In this document: positions 24,878-32,640 of the stretch, piece after piece
Layout: each line of letters opens with the position of its first letter
How positions within the stretch are numbered: the first letter of the stretch is position 1
IMG/VR virus record: IMGVR_UViG_3300016672_000074
Coordinates: 1 to 41,246 of that record
Length of the DNA: 41,246 nt
Source of the DNA: a virus
Lineage: Duplodnaviria > Caudoviricetes
Strand: one strand, 5' to 3'
Program-made: the position numbers and the translations under genes
Notes under the pieces: model-generated
Databases searched by the model: none
Told to the model about the DNA's origin: nothing
What the model saw: only the letters and a program-made list of their open reading frames with translations

Positions 24878-25215
24878 GTCATCCTCCGGCTGGCCTTGGC
24901 GAGCCTGCCGACTGCGGAGCCGGAGCCGCGAGGGACGTGCGATCTGGTCGTCTTGCGCTGCGGGTGACGGGCGGTGCTCAAGCCCGTGCTGGTGACGGTG
25001 ACTTCGCGGGCGCGCTGGTATCGTGTCACTCTGATGTATCCCTTCTCTTCGAGGCGCTTGACGACAACCGGGGCGACACTGGTGGAGTTGCAACCAAGCT
25101 CCATTTCAATGTCGAGGTTTGACGGGCAGGGATCACCCCTGAACGCGGCTTTCTCGATCATGGCGAGCACGATGGTTTCGTAGCGCGTGAGGGGTTGCAT
25201 GGCCGTCTTCTCCAT
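24874..25215 (-). CDS. LexA-N-like winged-helix DNA-binding protein
   Basis: LTRYETIVL..I......PCPSNLDIEMELGCNSTSVAPVVVKRLEEKGYI; no peptidase domain. Confidence 0.7.
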   Translation of the reverse strand: MEKTAMQPLTRYETIVLAMIEKAAFRGDPCPSNLDIEMELGCNSTSVAPVVVKRLEEKGYIRVTRYQRAREVTVTSTGLSTARHPQRKTTRSHVPRGSGSAVGRLAKASRRMT

Positions 25216-25263
25216 GCCTGCGGGTGATATAACGGGAGCGGTTTCAAGGCAATCCCACCAGCA

Positions 25264-25638
25264 TCACTCACCACCCTTCTCCTTCCGATAATCGCCGCGC
25301 TCGATTGCGTCGGCGGGGTTCGCCAGTTCAAGCAGCACGTCGGCATGGCAAGGTTGATCGAGCGGACACCAGCAAGCAAGATTCTTGCCGCGAATGTCCT
25401 TGAGCAACTGCTGCATCACCGCCCCAAACAGGCCGACGCGGCTGTTGATCGCGCTCTCCCATTGCTCGCGGAACTTGGCGATGCACTCATCCCGGTCGCC
25501 GTCCTTGCCGATCACGAACGGATTGGCGTAGGGCCTCCACCCCGGACCGCGCGCCACGCTCACCGTGTTCGGCGGCATCCGCCAGCCCTTGCGGCGAGAA
25601 AGCTGGATGCGCTTGGGTTTGTCGGTCAGGTCAGTCAT
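25264..25638 (-). CDS. DUF4326 domain protein
   Basis: PKRIQLSRRKGWRMP, YANPFVIG, RGKNLACWCPLDQPCHADVLLELAN. Confidence 0.85.
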   Translation of the reverse strand: MTDLTDKPKRIQLSRRKGWRMPPNTVSVARGPGWRPYANPFVIGKDGDRDECIAKFREQWESAINSRVGLFGAVMQQLLKDIRGKNLACWCPLDQPCHADVLLELANPADAIERGDYRKEKGGE

Positions 25639-25904
25639 GCGTCACCTTTGGCGCGGAGGGCGGCGATGTAGGCATCAAGAAACTCCTCTCGTTCTTGCGC
25701 GCCGTGAAAAAACAATTGCACGTAGGCGACCCCGCGATTGTCGCGTGACGATGTGAAACTGTGTGATTTAAGCAGCGCCTTCGTCAGCCCCGCCGCCACT
25801 TCCTTTGCATCAGCTATTGTCAGGGTTCCTTTCGGGTGCGCGCCGGTTCCATGCGGCGAGCAACGGTTTTCCCGTGTCGCGGCAGATGATATGCGGCGGG
25901 GCAT
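25635..25904 (-). CDS. Hypothetical protein (start uncertain)
   Basis: Stop overlaps the DUF4326 ATG. Confidence 0.4.
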   Translation of the reverse strand: MPRRISSAATRENRCSPHGTGAHPKGTLTIADAKEVAAGLTKALLKSHSFTSSRDNRGVAYVQLFFHGAQEREEFLDAYIAALRAKGDA

Positions 25905-26040
25905 AGTCGTCGTTCAGGCAATGTGGCGCACGATCCTGCCCGTCACGGCAAGAGGGAAGCTGCGGAAAGCCGTTTGTGCAAACCAGCTTGCCCGCCTGAT
26001 AGGCGATGCACGGCTTCAGAGCCACTTCCGCCGCGCTCAT
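25810..26040 (-). CDS. Small Cys-rich protein, Lar-like ends (LKPC...AAWNRRA)
   Basis: LKPC start and WNRRA end resemble Lar-family small phage proteins; the CPFCG motif is degenerate. Confidence 0.4.
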   Translation of the reverse strand: MSAAEVALKPCIAYQAGKLVCTNGFPQLPSCRDGQDRAPHCLNDDYAPPHIICRDTGKPLLAAWNRRAPERNPDNS

Positions 26041-26321
26041 GGCTGCGTCCTTTCGGGCTGCGTCTCCACCTCGGGAAACCTAGCAGTTGCTTGGGCTTCG
26101 AGAGAAAGCTCAACTTGCGCTTTGTCGCCGTGCCGCCCTTCATGCCAAGTCATTGTGACTTTGGTGGCGTCCCAATGATGCTCATCGGAATTGAGCACTT
26201 TCGACGATGCACGACGAAAACTCAAGGTCACGTCACCGACACCATGCTCTCGGGCTATAGCGACGACAGCACGCGCAAAAGCGACGTGATAGTCTTTGAT
26301 GGGTTGCGGGTTGTCTTTCAT
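26037..26321 (-). CDS. Hypothetical protein
   Basis: MKDNPQPIKDY..., RBS GGAG; ATGA overlap downstream. Confidence 0.55.
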   Translation of the reverse strand: MKDNPQPIKDYHVAFARAVVAIAREHGVGDVTLSFRRASSKVLNSDEHHWDATKVTMTWHEGRHGDKAQVELSLEAQATARFPEVETQPERTQP

Positions 26322-26329
26322 AGCTGCGT

Positions 26330-26581
26330 CTCCACGAGGGCGGTGCGTTGAATGTTGAAGCCGGTCATCATACTCTCTCCATACGGTTGGCAGGTTCGAC
26401 ATGGACTTGGCCCAATGCGCCTTCGGCAACACACTCAAGCACCAGCCCTTCCGGCGTGAACGTGCTGCTGTAATAGCCAACCACCTTGGACAGCCATTGC
26501 GGGCCGCTTGGTCGGCGAACAGTGCAGCCGAGCGGGAAGCGATCTTGCAGGCTCTTCATTTCATTTGCTCCACGAGGGCGG
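26330..26581. repeat. 14-bp direct repeat CTCCACGAGGGCGG at 26330-26343 and 26568-26581 flanking the DfrB-like gene
   Basis: Exact copies read from the sequence; each contains the minus-strand GGAG RBS of the following gene. Confidence 0.8.
26368..26559 (-). CDS. DfrB / R67 dihydrofolate reductase-like SH3-fold protein with divergent active-site motif
   Basis: F..G..VRRPSG..W...VVGYYS..FTPEG...E......G.VHVEP...MER aligns by eye with R67 [53 protein letters not shown]. Confidence 0.8.
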   Translation of the reverse strand: MKSLQDRFPLGCTVRRPSGPQWLSKVVGYYSSTFTPEGLVLECVAEGALGQVHVEPANRMERV

Positions 26582-26939
26582 CATGGAGGCGGTGAATGGA
26601 CAACGAGCCAAAGTCCTCCAACGCTTTTTGATGCGCCTTCGCCACCATCTCCCGCGTCAGCGGCTTGGGCTGCGCCAGTTCCTTGCCGCGCTTGAGGGCA
26701 GCGAGGGCGATTTGAACAACTGGTGCTTCATCATCAGGATGCTTAACGTAATCATGCCCGAATTTGGCGGAATGTTCGGTTGCAATCTCCCGCGCTTCCA
26801 GCAAGTCAGGATCAACCGGCTCTGGCGCGATAAGGCCGCGTTCGCGGAGCTTGGCGACAAAAAAAGACGTATCGCACTGGCGAGCTACGCGCGCAAAATA
26901 CCGTGCATCCGCCTCGGTCAGTGGCTTCGGTTCAGTCAT
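26556..26939 (-). CDS. Hypothetical protein with PKPLT repeated twice
   Basis: MTEPKPLTEA...QPKPLTRE; coupled at both ends. Confidence 0.55.
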   Translation of the reverse strand: MTEPKPLTEADARYFARVARQCDTSFFVAKLRERGLIAPEPVDPDLLEAREIATEHSAKFGHDYVKHPDDEAPVVQIALAALKRGKELAQPKPLTREMVAKAHQKALEDFGSLSIHRLHAALVEQMK

Positions 26940-27208
26940 TTCCCATCTCCCCGAATGTTGGCGAGGGCTGCATAATGGTCGCGCAGTTCCATCCACGTCA
27001 TCACGCCGTCGGCATCTGAGCAGAAGAAGCCGGTTGTGCCGCCCTTGCGCGTGTCGTATTTGTAGCCGAACGGAGCCTTGCGACCTTCATGGTCAAAAAC
27101 GTCATAGACGCCCATGCCCCCGTCGCTGCCGAAGTTCATGTGCAGGGTCATCTTGCGCGTCCAGCCTTCCGGCTTTTCGGGCAGCGATGAAAGGTCGATC
27201 TCACTCAC
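26936..27208 (-). CDS. Hypothetical protein
   Basis: 90 aa, GTG start, coupled. Confidence 0.55.
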   Translation of the reverse strand: MSEIDLSSLPEKPEGWTRKMTLHMNFGSDGGMGVYDVFDHEGRKAPFGYKYDTRKGGTTGFFCSDADGVMTWMELRDHYAALANIRGDGK

Positions 27209-27339
27209 AATCCAATCCCTTCCAATATCTCGCTTGCAGCCGCCTCGTATTCAGCAAGGTCAGCAGCAGGCACTAGGTCTAAGGTCGGTCAGCCATCATC
27301 GCGGGCGAGCCATTCTGTCCATGCGCGGTGGGGCGTCAT
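27205..27339 (-). pseudogene. Small ORF interrupted by an in-frame TGA at 27289-27291
   Basis: MTPHRAWTEWLARDDG*PTLDLVPAADLAEYEAAASEILEGIGL*; start and final stop both overlap neighbouring genes. Confidence 0.45.
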
Positions 27340-27491
27340 GCAAACACCGCATAAATCAGCGCCCACATTGCGAGCGATCCAATCACGGCCATGCCTTCGC
27401 GCATCGAGAACGGGATGGCGCGCAGATCACGCCACATTGACGGGCGCGCAGGGCGGTGGGAGCGGACGTAAAAGAGGGCGAGGTCACGCAT
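27336..27491 (-). CDS. Small membrane protein (51 aa)
   Basis: MRDLALFY...MAVIGSLAMWALIYAVFA; coupled at both ends. Confidence 0.5.
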   Translation of the reverse strand: MRDLALFYVRSHRPARPSMWRDLRAIPFSMREGMAVIGSLAMWALIYAVFA

Positions 27492-27796
27492 CATAGAGAC
27501 CTCATAACGAGCGCAATCTCGTCCAAGCCATCGACCTTTGCCATCGGCACTTTGTTGTCGAAGTAGTGCAGCGCGTAGCTGTTCGCGCCGACGATCTCGC
27601 CATCGCAGTCAACGGTTACGGTGCAGTAGCCCGAATAACGGCAGCACCCTTGCACCTTGTCGTAGTGAGCAATGATAACGTGCATGTGCCCATTGCGAGC
27701 ACCAACGCCACCCCGCACGGGATAGACGTTGCCAACCATATCCGGGCCGGGCGCTGGAATTGGAACGTCGGTGTTGATGTTGATCTTCATCATCAT
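27491..27796 (-). CDS. Hypothetical protein
   Basis: 101 aa, coupled. Confidence 0.55.
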   Translation of the reverse strand: MMMKININTDVPIPAPGPDMVGNVYPVRGGVGARNGHMHVIIAHYDKVQGCCRYSGYCTVTVDCDGEIVGANSYALHYFDNKVPMAKVDGLDEIALVMRSL

Positions 27797-28194
27797 TCCC
27801 CTTCGCTAGTGCTGGCGAGAGCGGCGCGGGCGTGAACGCGGCCATCTTCGAGCCGGTCAAAGCTGTTGTGCAGCCCGCTCCACTGCCCAAAATCAATCTG
27901 GCCATCAAAACGCACCATAATGGTTGATCGCCATTGGCAGACCATGCTGGCTGCGTTATCCAGTTTCCGCAAAGCCTCCCGCAGCGCGTCCCTCTCGGCT
28001 GTCAGCGCCTCTACCTGCGCGGTGAGGGTGGCGGTGGTGGCTTCGCGGTGGCGGGCGAAGGCTTGGACAACATGGTTGCAGTCAATCAACCTAAGGATCG
28101 CTCGCTCGGCTTCACGATAATCGCCACTCATGCCGATAATGCGAGCCGCCGCCTCGCGATCAGCCCCCGTTACCGGCGTGTTGCTCTCGGTCAT
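27793..28194 (-). CDS. Hypothetical protein with coiled coil
   Basis: VTGADREAAA...VQAFARHR...LTAERDALREAL...ARAALA, a mosaic pattern common in small phage genes. Confidence 0.6.
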   Translation of the reverse strand: MTESNTPVTGADREAAARIIGMSGDYREAERAILRLIDCNHVVQAFARHREATTATLTAQVEALTAERDALREALRKLDNAASMVCQWRSTIMVRFDGQIDFGQWSGLHNSFDRLEDGRVHARAALASTSEGE

Positions 28195-28391
28195 GCGGAA
28201 TACCTTTCGCTCGCGGTTTTGCTCGGGAGGGGGCGCGGAACGGCATAGTGCTCTTCCATCCCGAGCACGTCCTTCGTGACGCGATAGGGCCGGAAGCGAA
28301 AGCGGTTGCCCGACCTCGCCCTGATCTCGTTGATCTGGTCGATGAAGCGCAGAAGCTCATCGTTGCCGATCCCGTTGTGGAACGCGCTCAT
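28191..28391 (-). CDS. Hypothetical protein
   Basis: 66 aa, ATGA-coupled. Confidence 0.5.
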   Translation of the reverse strand: MSAFHNGIGNDELLRFIDQINEIRARSGNRFRFRPYRVTKDVLGMEEHYAVPRPLPSKTASERYSA

Positions 28392-28867
28392 TCCGGGTTC
28401 ACCAGCACGTTGCCATGATCGTCGCGGATCAGCGCGCCACAGGTCAGGCCCATCCTCACAAGCTCCGGCGTCATCGTATCGACATCAGCCTGCGTCAGCT
28501 TGGGTGAGGCGAGGCGAGGGAGGTCGGGCGCAGGCAGGGCCGAGCACCTTGCCCATGCAAACGGGTCAGGCGGTGGCGCGTTCCGCTCGCAGTGCGCCAC
28601 CATCGCCGGAACAATGTGCGAGTGATGGGTGCAAGTCCTCTGCGCCTCACGAGCCGCGCTGCGCAGATAGACGGCGGGATATTCGATCACCACGCCGACC
28701 GCCACCGAGAGCCAGTCCTCGGCCTCATTCGCGGTCATACCGACCGGGCGCACCAAGGCGAGGCACGATGTCAGCAGAGCCACCACTTCCTGCGGCGAAG
28801 CGGGCTGCAACGCGCTCCCCGATCTGGCGTGTCGTGCTTGGTTCAGGTCGCGAATGTTGTCTGTCAT
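28388..28867 (-). CDS. Replication-associated protein in the lambda P/helicase loader position
   Basis: Helical segment LTSCLALVRPVGMT..EAEDWL; follows and overlaps the initiator. Function inferred from position only. Confidence 0.5.
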   Translation of the reverse strand: MTDNIRDLNQARHARSGSALQPASPQEVVALLTSCLALVRPVGMTANEAEDWLSVAVGVVIEYPAVYLRSAAREAQRTCTHHSHIVPAMVAHCERNAPPPDPFAWARCSALPAPDLPRLASPKLTQADVDTMTPELVRMGLTCGALIRDDHGNVLVNPE

Positions 28868-29609
28868 CGTATTTCCCTTCAAGAATGTTGAGAACGCTGT
28901 CGGGCCGCAGCAGGAAGTCAAAGCTGGCCCCCCCCCAATCGCCGCTCTCACCACGCAGAAACTTGGTTTTGGGGACATGGGCAATCGCCATCAGGATCGG
29001 CTCAAGCCCGTGATCCTTCAGTCGAGCCTTGAGCGATGCCATGCGCTTCGGGGAAAGGGTCTGACAGCGACCGAGCATGAGCGGGAGAGCCACCCTGTTC
29101 CACGCTTCGACAACCTGATCCATCTGCTCTTTCAGGCCATCGCCAGCAGGCTCGTTCGCGGGACGACTAGAAGAACCGTTAGGTTCTTCTTCTCTTGTTC
29201 CCTTGTTCCCTTGTTCTTTTATGTCCCGCTGCTGTCCCGCTGCTGTCCCGGCTGCTGTCCCGCTGCTGTCCCGGCCATCGTCTTCCTGATCCTGATATTT
29301 GCTGTAGTTACAGATGGTTATGACAAGCCTGCCGTGTCCCGCTTCCGTCTCGATCATTGTCTCGGTTTTCAACCGGGCCAAAAACCGATCAACAGCGCTT
29401 TTCGACCAGCCCCATTGCTCGCCAAGCTGGCGCACAGACGCGCAGACTTGGCCGCGCTGAAGCGTCACCATCTTGCCGTTGACGTTGAACTGCGTTGGAC
29501 GCCAGCACGCCTTGCCGACCAGCCAGAGCCATGCGCCAAGACGGCTTGCGTCGCCCTCGAAAAGCGGGTGGTCAAACACTGTGCGGTGGGTCAGGGCAAA
29601 GCCACTCAT
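28725..29609 (-). CDS. Phage replication initiator (lambda O-like replisome organiser)
   Basis: N-terminal wHTH LQRGQ...SVRQLGEQWGWSKSAVDRFLARLK...ITICNYSKYQ; C-terminal FLRG....W..SFDFLL......ILEGKYD; internal iterons. Confidence 0.85.
   Translation of the reverse strand: MSGFALTHRTVFDHPLFEGDASRLGAWLWLVGKACWRPTQFNVNGKMVTLQRGQVCASVRQLGEQWGWSKSAVDRFLARLKTETMIETEAGHGRLVITICNYSKYQDQEDDGRDSSGTAAGTAAGQQRDIKEQGNKGTREEEPNGSSSRPANEPAGDGLKEQMDQVVEAWNRVALPLMLGRCQTLSPKRMASLKARLKDHGLEPILMAIAHVPKTKFLRGESGDWGGASFDFLLRPDSVLNILEGKYDDRQHSRPEPSTTRQIGERVAARFAAGSGGSADIVPRLGAPGRYDRE
29169..29276. repeat. Putative replication origin: five tandem TGTCCCG(G)CTGC-type iterons (29222-29276), CTTGTTC repeats and a 9-bp inverted repeat (29169-29190)
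   Basis: Repeats read directly from the sequence, in the interdomain linker of the initiator gene as in lambdoid origins. Confidence 0.7.
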
Positions 29610-29671
29610 GCGCGCGGCCCCGCGTATCGAGGCTTGCGAAAGACAGCTTGTGTCGGTATTGAACTCTTCAT
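29606..29671 (-). CDS. 21-aa leader ORF (MKSSIPTQAVFRKPRYAGPRA) coupled to the initiator
   Basis: RBS AAAAGGAG; its TGA overlaps the initiator ATG (ATGA). Confidence 0.5.
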   Translation of the reverse strand: MKSSIPTQAVFRKPRYAGPRA

Positions 29672-29733
29672 CGACGGCTCCTTTTCAGCCAGTTGGTCGG
29701 GGGGCGGGCTGTTTGCGCAGCGCCGTCCCCAAA
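29669..29733 (-). promoter_or_regulatory. Structured RNA leader, copy 1 (two hairpins, the second covering the RBS)
   Basis: Close match to 39317-39380 with compensatory changes; preceded by TTGCCA-N16-TAAGAA. Confidence 0.6.
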
Positions 29734-29753
29734 CTTCTTATCACACATTGCCT

Positions 29754-30212
29754 TCATGGCAAACGCCGGTTCGATCTCGCGATCTCACGGCACCGTGTAA
29801 CACTGTCGCGCCAGAACGGGTGCTCTGGCTGACCCCACCTCTCCCGCGCCTCGGTGGCCCATGCCACCAGATCGACGCCGTGGAAGGCTAGGAACTGCGC
29901 CTCTCGACCAAGGCCGTGAACGCCAACCCGGCTATCCTGATGATGGATTTCGCAGAGCGGAGTCACAAACCAGTGGTCGCGACGAGTGCTCTTGCCGGGG
30001 CAGCGATCAAGGACGTGGTGAACGTGGGCCGGTCGGCCACAGACAAGGCATCCGAGGCTGGCGATCCAGTCGTGGTATCGCCGCTGCTCTTCAGTCTTGC
30101 CTGTGGCCTTGGGCTTGATGCGGGCATGGGCAACCCGCCCCTCCGAGCGTCGAGGCGTCTCGCGCTTGCGCTTGAGAGGCGTCTTGGCCCGAAGGGGTGA
30201 GCGCCGGAGCAT
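29754..30212 (-). CDS. Ref/DUF968-like HNH-type nuclease
   Basis: Basic N-terminus; WIASLGCLVCG..AHVHH...PLCEIHHQ....GVH. Confidence 0.75.
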   Translation of the reverse strand: MLRRSPLRAKTPLKRKRETPRRSEGRVAHARIKPKATGKTEEQRRYHDWIASLGCLVCGRPAHVHHVLDRCPGKSTRRDHWFVTPLCEIHHQDSRVGVHGLGREAQFLAFHGVDLVAWATEARERWGQPEHPFWRDSVTRCREIARSNRRLP

Positions 30213-31276
30213 CAGACGTTCTCGGGGTTGCCGTAGAACACCTGCGCCGGGGTTTCGTTGCGGATGCGCTCGATGGTCTCGTTGAAGGCGTCCATGAACG
30301 AGCGGTCGCTGCGCCACAGTTCATACCAGAAGGCAACGCCAGCCCGATCCTTGCGGTAGCGCAGGCGCACCGGGAGGCGGTAGAACGCGCCCTCGCGGAA
30401 GATCGGGATTTCGATGAAGAACATCGTCGGCACCTTGACCTTGATCCCGCCGACTTCGGTGTCGTGCGTGTTGCTGATCGTCAGTTCTCCCTCGCCCGAA
30501 GCCAGCGTGACCGCTTCAGAAACCGTGCTGCTCTCGTCGATCTTCAGGCCGCGCGCCAGCTTGGTGAGCATCTGCCAGTCGGCGATGTTCTTCGGCCCGC
30601 CATTCTGCTCGACGAACCGGCTGGCGCTCTCCGGCACCTTCTCGATCTCGGCGATGTCGAGCACGTTGTCTTCGAGGAACACGGCAAAGTCAGCCATGCT
30701 CATCACGGTCTTGTTCTTCAGGTGCCACGCCTTCCATTCCTCGGAGAGCGGGAAGCGGAACTGGCTGCGGTGCTTGCCGTGCCGGTATTCGCCGTGAACG
30801 GTCGAGCCGGTCGCCTCATCTTCCTCGCTCGCCAGCCGGTCGGCCCGGTGGTAGTCGAGCACCGCGAGGACGTAGGGGTCGGTGCGGTCATCGCAGGCGA
30901 ACACGGCGCTGTCAGTATCGCCGAAGCGATTGACGTGAGCGATGAAGCTGTCCAGAGCGGTCAGCGTGGCGGTGCCACGGCGGAAGCGCGGGCGGTCGCT
31001 CTGTGCGTCGATCACAGACTGGTCGGTGAATTTGAACGTGCCGTCAGGCAGCGTCGCCACTTCGGCAAACCGCCCATTATCGCCTTCCACGAAGCCGAGC
31101 CTCGCAAAGCTCTGGTCTTCGACGTGCTTGCGGGTCGCTGCCAGCAGATCGGCCACGCCCTGCGCGGTGTCGGGCTTCGAGTTGCTGTCCCGCATCGCGC
31201 CGAACAGCATCGAGCCAAGCTCGTGCAGTTCGCTCTCGTTATGTTCCGGCAGGTCGGGAATGGTGTCTTCGGTCAT
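30212..31276 (-). CDS. DUF2303 (YfdQ-like) protein
   Basis: PRFRRGTATLTALDSFIAHVNRF, AVLDYH, LSEEWKAW, FAVFLEDN, IPIFREG..Y....RLRYR. Confidence 0.85.
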   Translation of the reverse strand: MTEDTIPDLPEHNESELHELGSMLFGAMRDSNSKPDTAQGVADLLAATRKHVEDQSFARLGFVEGDNGRFAEVATLPDGTFKFTDQSVIDAQSDRPRFRRGTATLTALDSFIAHVNRFGDTDSAVFACDDRTDPYVLAVLDYHRADRLASEEDEATGSTVHGEYRHGKHRSQFRFPLSEEWKAWHLKNKTVMSMADFAVFLEDNVLDIAEIEKVPESASRFVEQNGGPKNIADWQMLTKLARGLKIDESSTVSEAVTLASGEGELTISNTHDTEVGGIKVKVPTMFFIEIPIFREGAFYRLPVRLRYRKDRAGVAFWYELWRSDRSFMDAFNETIERIRNETPAQVFYGNPENV

Positions 31277-31324
31277 GGGATTGTCCTTGTGTCAGGTGCG
31301 CGGGGAACCGCCCGCGCTCGGAAC

Positions 31325-31783
31325 TTATGCCTCGCGAACTTCGCGCCGTTCGTCGATCTCGCGCACCGGGCGCTGCTCGCCGAACAGGGCGCGCTGACCG
31401 GGCGGGTTGACGCCGAGCGTGAAATTGGTGCCGACGAACAGCGGGGTGCCGCCGCGCTTGAACTCGGGTTCCTTCACCTTGAACTTGGGCGTCAGAATGT
31501 AGATGCCGTTCCCGAGCATGAAGTCGAGTTCGAGCGTGACGCGCCCCTTCGAGACGCCCTTGTTCTGCTTGGCGTGGCGCTCCATCGTTTCGAGCACCTT
31601 GCGCATCGCCTCGCTGGCGTCGAGGTTAAACTGGCCCTCCTCGGCCATGCGGATCACATCAGCGATGAGGCCGCTGCGCTTTGGCTGCGGGTTGCCATCG
31701 GCGGCGATCACGTTGCGAGCGTATTCGCCGCCAGCCTCGTCGTCGCCGAGGATTTCCCCGGTGTCAGGGTCATGTCGTTCCAT
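31325..31783 (-). CDS. YfdP-like protein (usual partner of DUF2303)
   Basis: KGRVTLELDF...K.KEP...LFV...L..NPPGQRALF; directly upstream of the DUF2303 gene. Confidence 0.6.
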   Translation of the reverse strand: MERHDPDTGEILGDDEAGGEYARNVIAADGNPQPKRSGLIADVIRMAEEGQFNLDASEAMRKVLETMERHAKQNKGVSKGRVTLELDFMLGNGIYILTPKFKVKEPEFKRGGTPLFVGTNFTLGVNPPGQRALFGEQRPVREIDERREVREA

Positions 31784-31801
31784 GCGTCTTCCTTCCTTGC
31801 T

Positions 31802-32308
31802 TCAGCATCCGCCCAATGCGGATTGCAGAATGTCGTGCATGGCGGCAGCGGCGCTGTCGTTTCCGCTCATGCTGTCGTATTCGCGAATGGCTTTCCGCAT
31901 CGCGTGCTCATAGCCCTTCAGCTTGGCTTCCAGCAGCGCGATCTGCGTCGAGCGGCTGACCACCGGCTCCGGCTCTTTGCGCGGCGGCGGCGACCTGTGG
32001 TGCTCCCGGTGAAGCCACACAATCGTCTCGCGCCCTGCACTGGTCAAGCGACGGACGCCGCTGTCCAGAATGATGTTCTCGAAGCCAAGCTCCGAGCGCC
32101 GGGTGCGGAGCGTCGAGGGCGTCTTGCCCGGAAACGCAGCCATCATTTCTTCGTCGATGAAGCCGCGCGGGCCAGCATCGAGGGCAAACTGCTCCACCTG
32201 CTGCCGGATCGTGAACCGCACAGGCATGATCGCTGCCGCCGCCTTGTGGCTTGTCTCGCGGTCGCCGGATCGGGCGCGGGTGTGCGGCTGGTCGAACAGG
32301 TCGCTCAT
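31802..32308 (-). CDS. Phage winged-helix-like protein
   Basis: ARSGDRETSHKAA...STLRTRRSEL....I.DSG.RR....GR...VW. Confidence 0.6.
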   Translation of the reverse strand: MSDLFDQPHTRARSGDRETSHKAAAAIMPVRFTIRQQVEQFALDAGPRGFIDEEMMAAFPGKTPSTLRTRRSELGFENIILDSGVRRLTSAGRETIVWLHREHHRSPPPRKEPEPVVSRSTQIALLEAKLKGYEHAMRKAIREYDSMSGNDSAAAAMHDILQSALGGC

Positions 32309-32550
32309 GCCGCCGCCTCGCGCTGCCTTGCCTCGTAATCGCGCGCCGCCTGCTCAAGTTTGGCGAGCGTCGTGGTGCGGGCCGAGACAGGCGAGTGATA
32401 CTTGTTCGCGCTGCTGCGGTTGCGCCAGTAGGTCTGGTAGCTGACAACAGGGTTTGCTTCGATAAACTGCGCCGGGGTCAGGCGAAGCTCCACCAGCTTG
32501 AGGTGAAACTTCTCAAATGCCTCGTCCAGCGCGCGATGCGCTTCGTCCAT
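32305..32550 (-). CDS. Cro-like small regulator
   Basis: First gene of the leftward operon, 81 aa, RBS AAAGGAG. VSYQTYWR and TTLAKLEQA resemble a degenerate Cro/XRE HTH. Confidence 0.5.
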   Translation of the reverse strand: MDEAHRALDEAFEKFHLKLVELRLTPAQFIEANPVVSYQTYWRNRSSANKYHSPVSARTTTLAKLEQAARDYEARQREAAA

Positions 32551-32565
32551 ATCACGCTCCTTTCA

Positions 32566-32640
32566 TCCAGCCATGTAGAGTCAGGGCAATGTTTTTGCAA
32601 TAGCCCTGTTGACACAATGTTGGAAATCACTATGTCTGGT
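32566..32640. promoter_or_regulatory. Back-to-back sigma70-like promoters with operator-like repeats
   Basis: Rightward TTGACA(32609)-N16-TATGTC; leftward TTGCAA-N17-TACATG; imperfect palindrome CAGGGCAAT...ATAGCCCTG; CAATGTT twice. Confidence 0.6.

Noticed and set aside
26368-26559. Functional trimethoprim resistance gene dfrB
   Set aside because: The VQIY and K32 catalytic positions are changed, so resistance cannot be claimed from sequence.
29222-29276. CRISPR-like array
   Set aside because: Repeats are 11-12 bp, directly adjacent, with no spacers and inside a gene; they fit iterons.
30197-32338. 713-aa plus-strand ORF
   Set aside because: Shadow of the DUF2303/YfdP-like genes on the minus strand.
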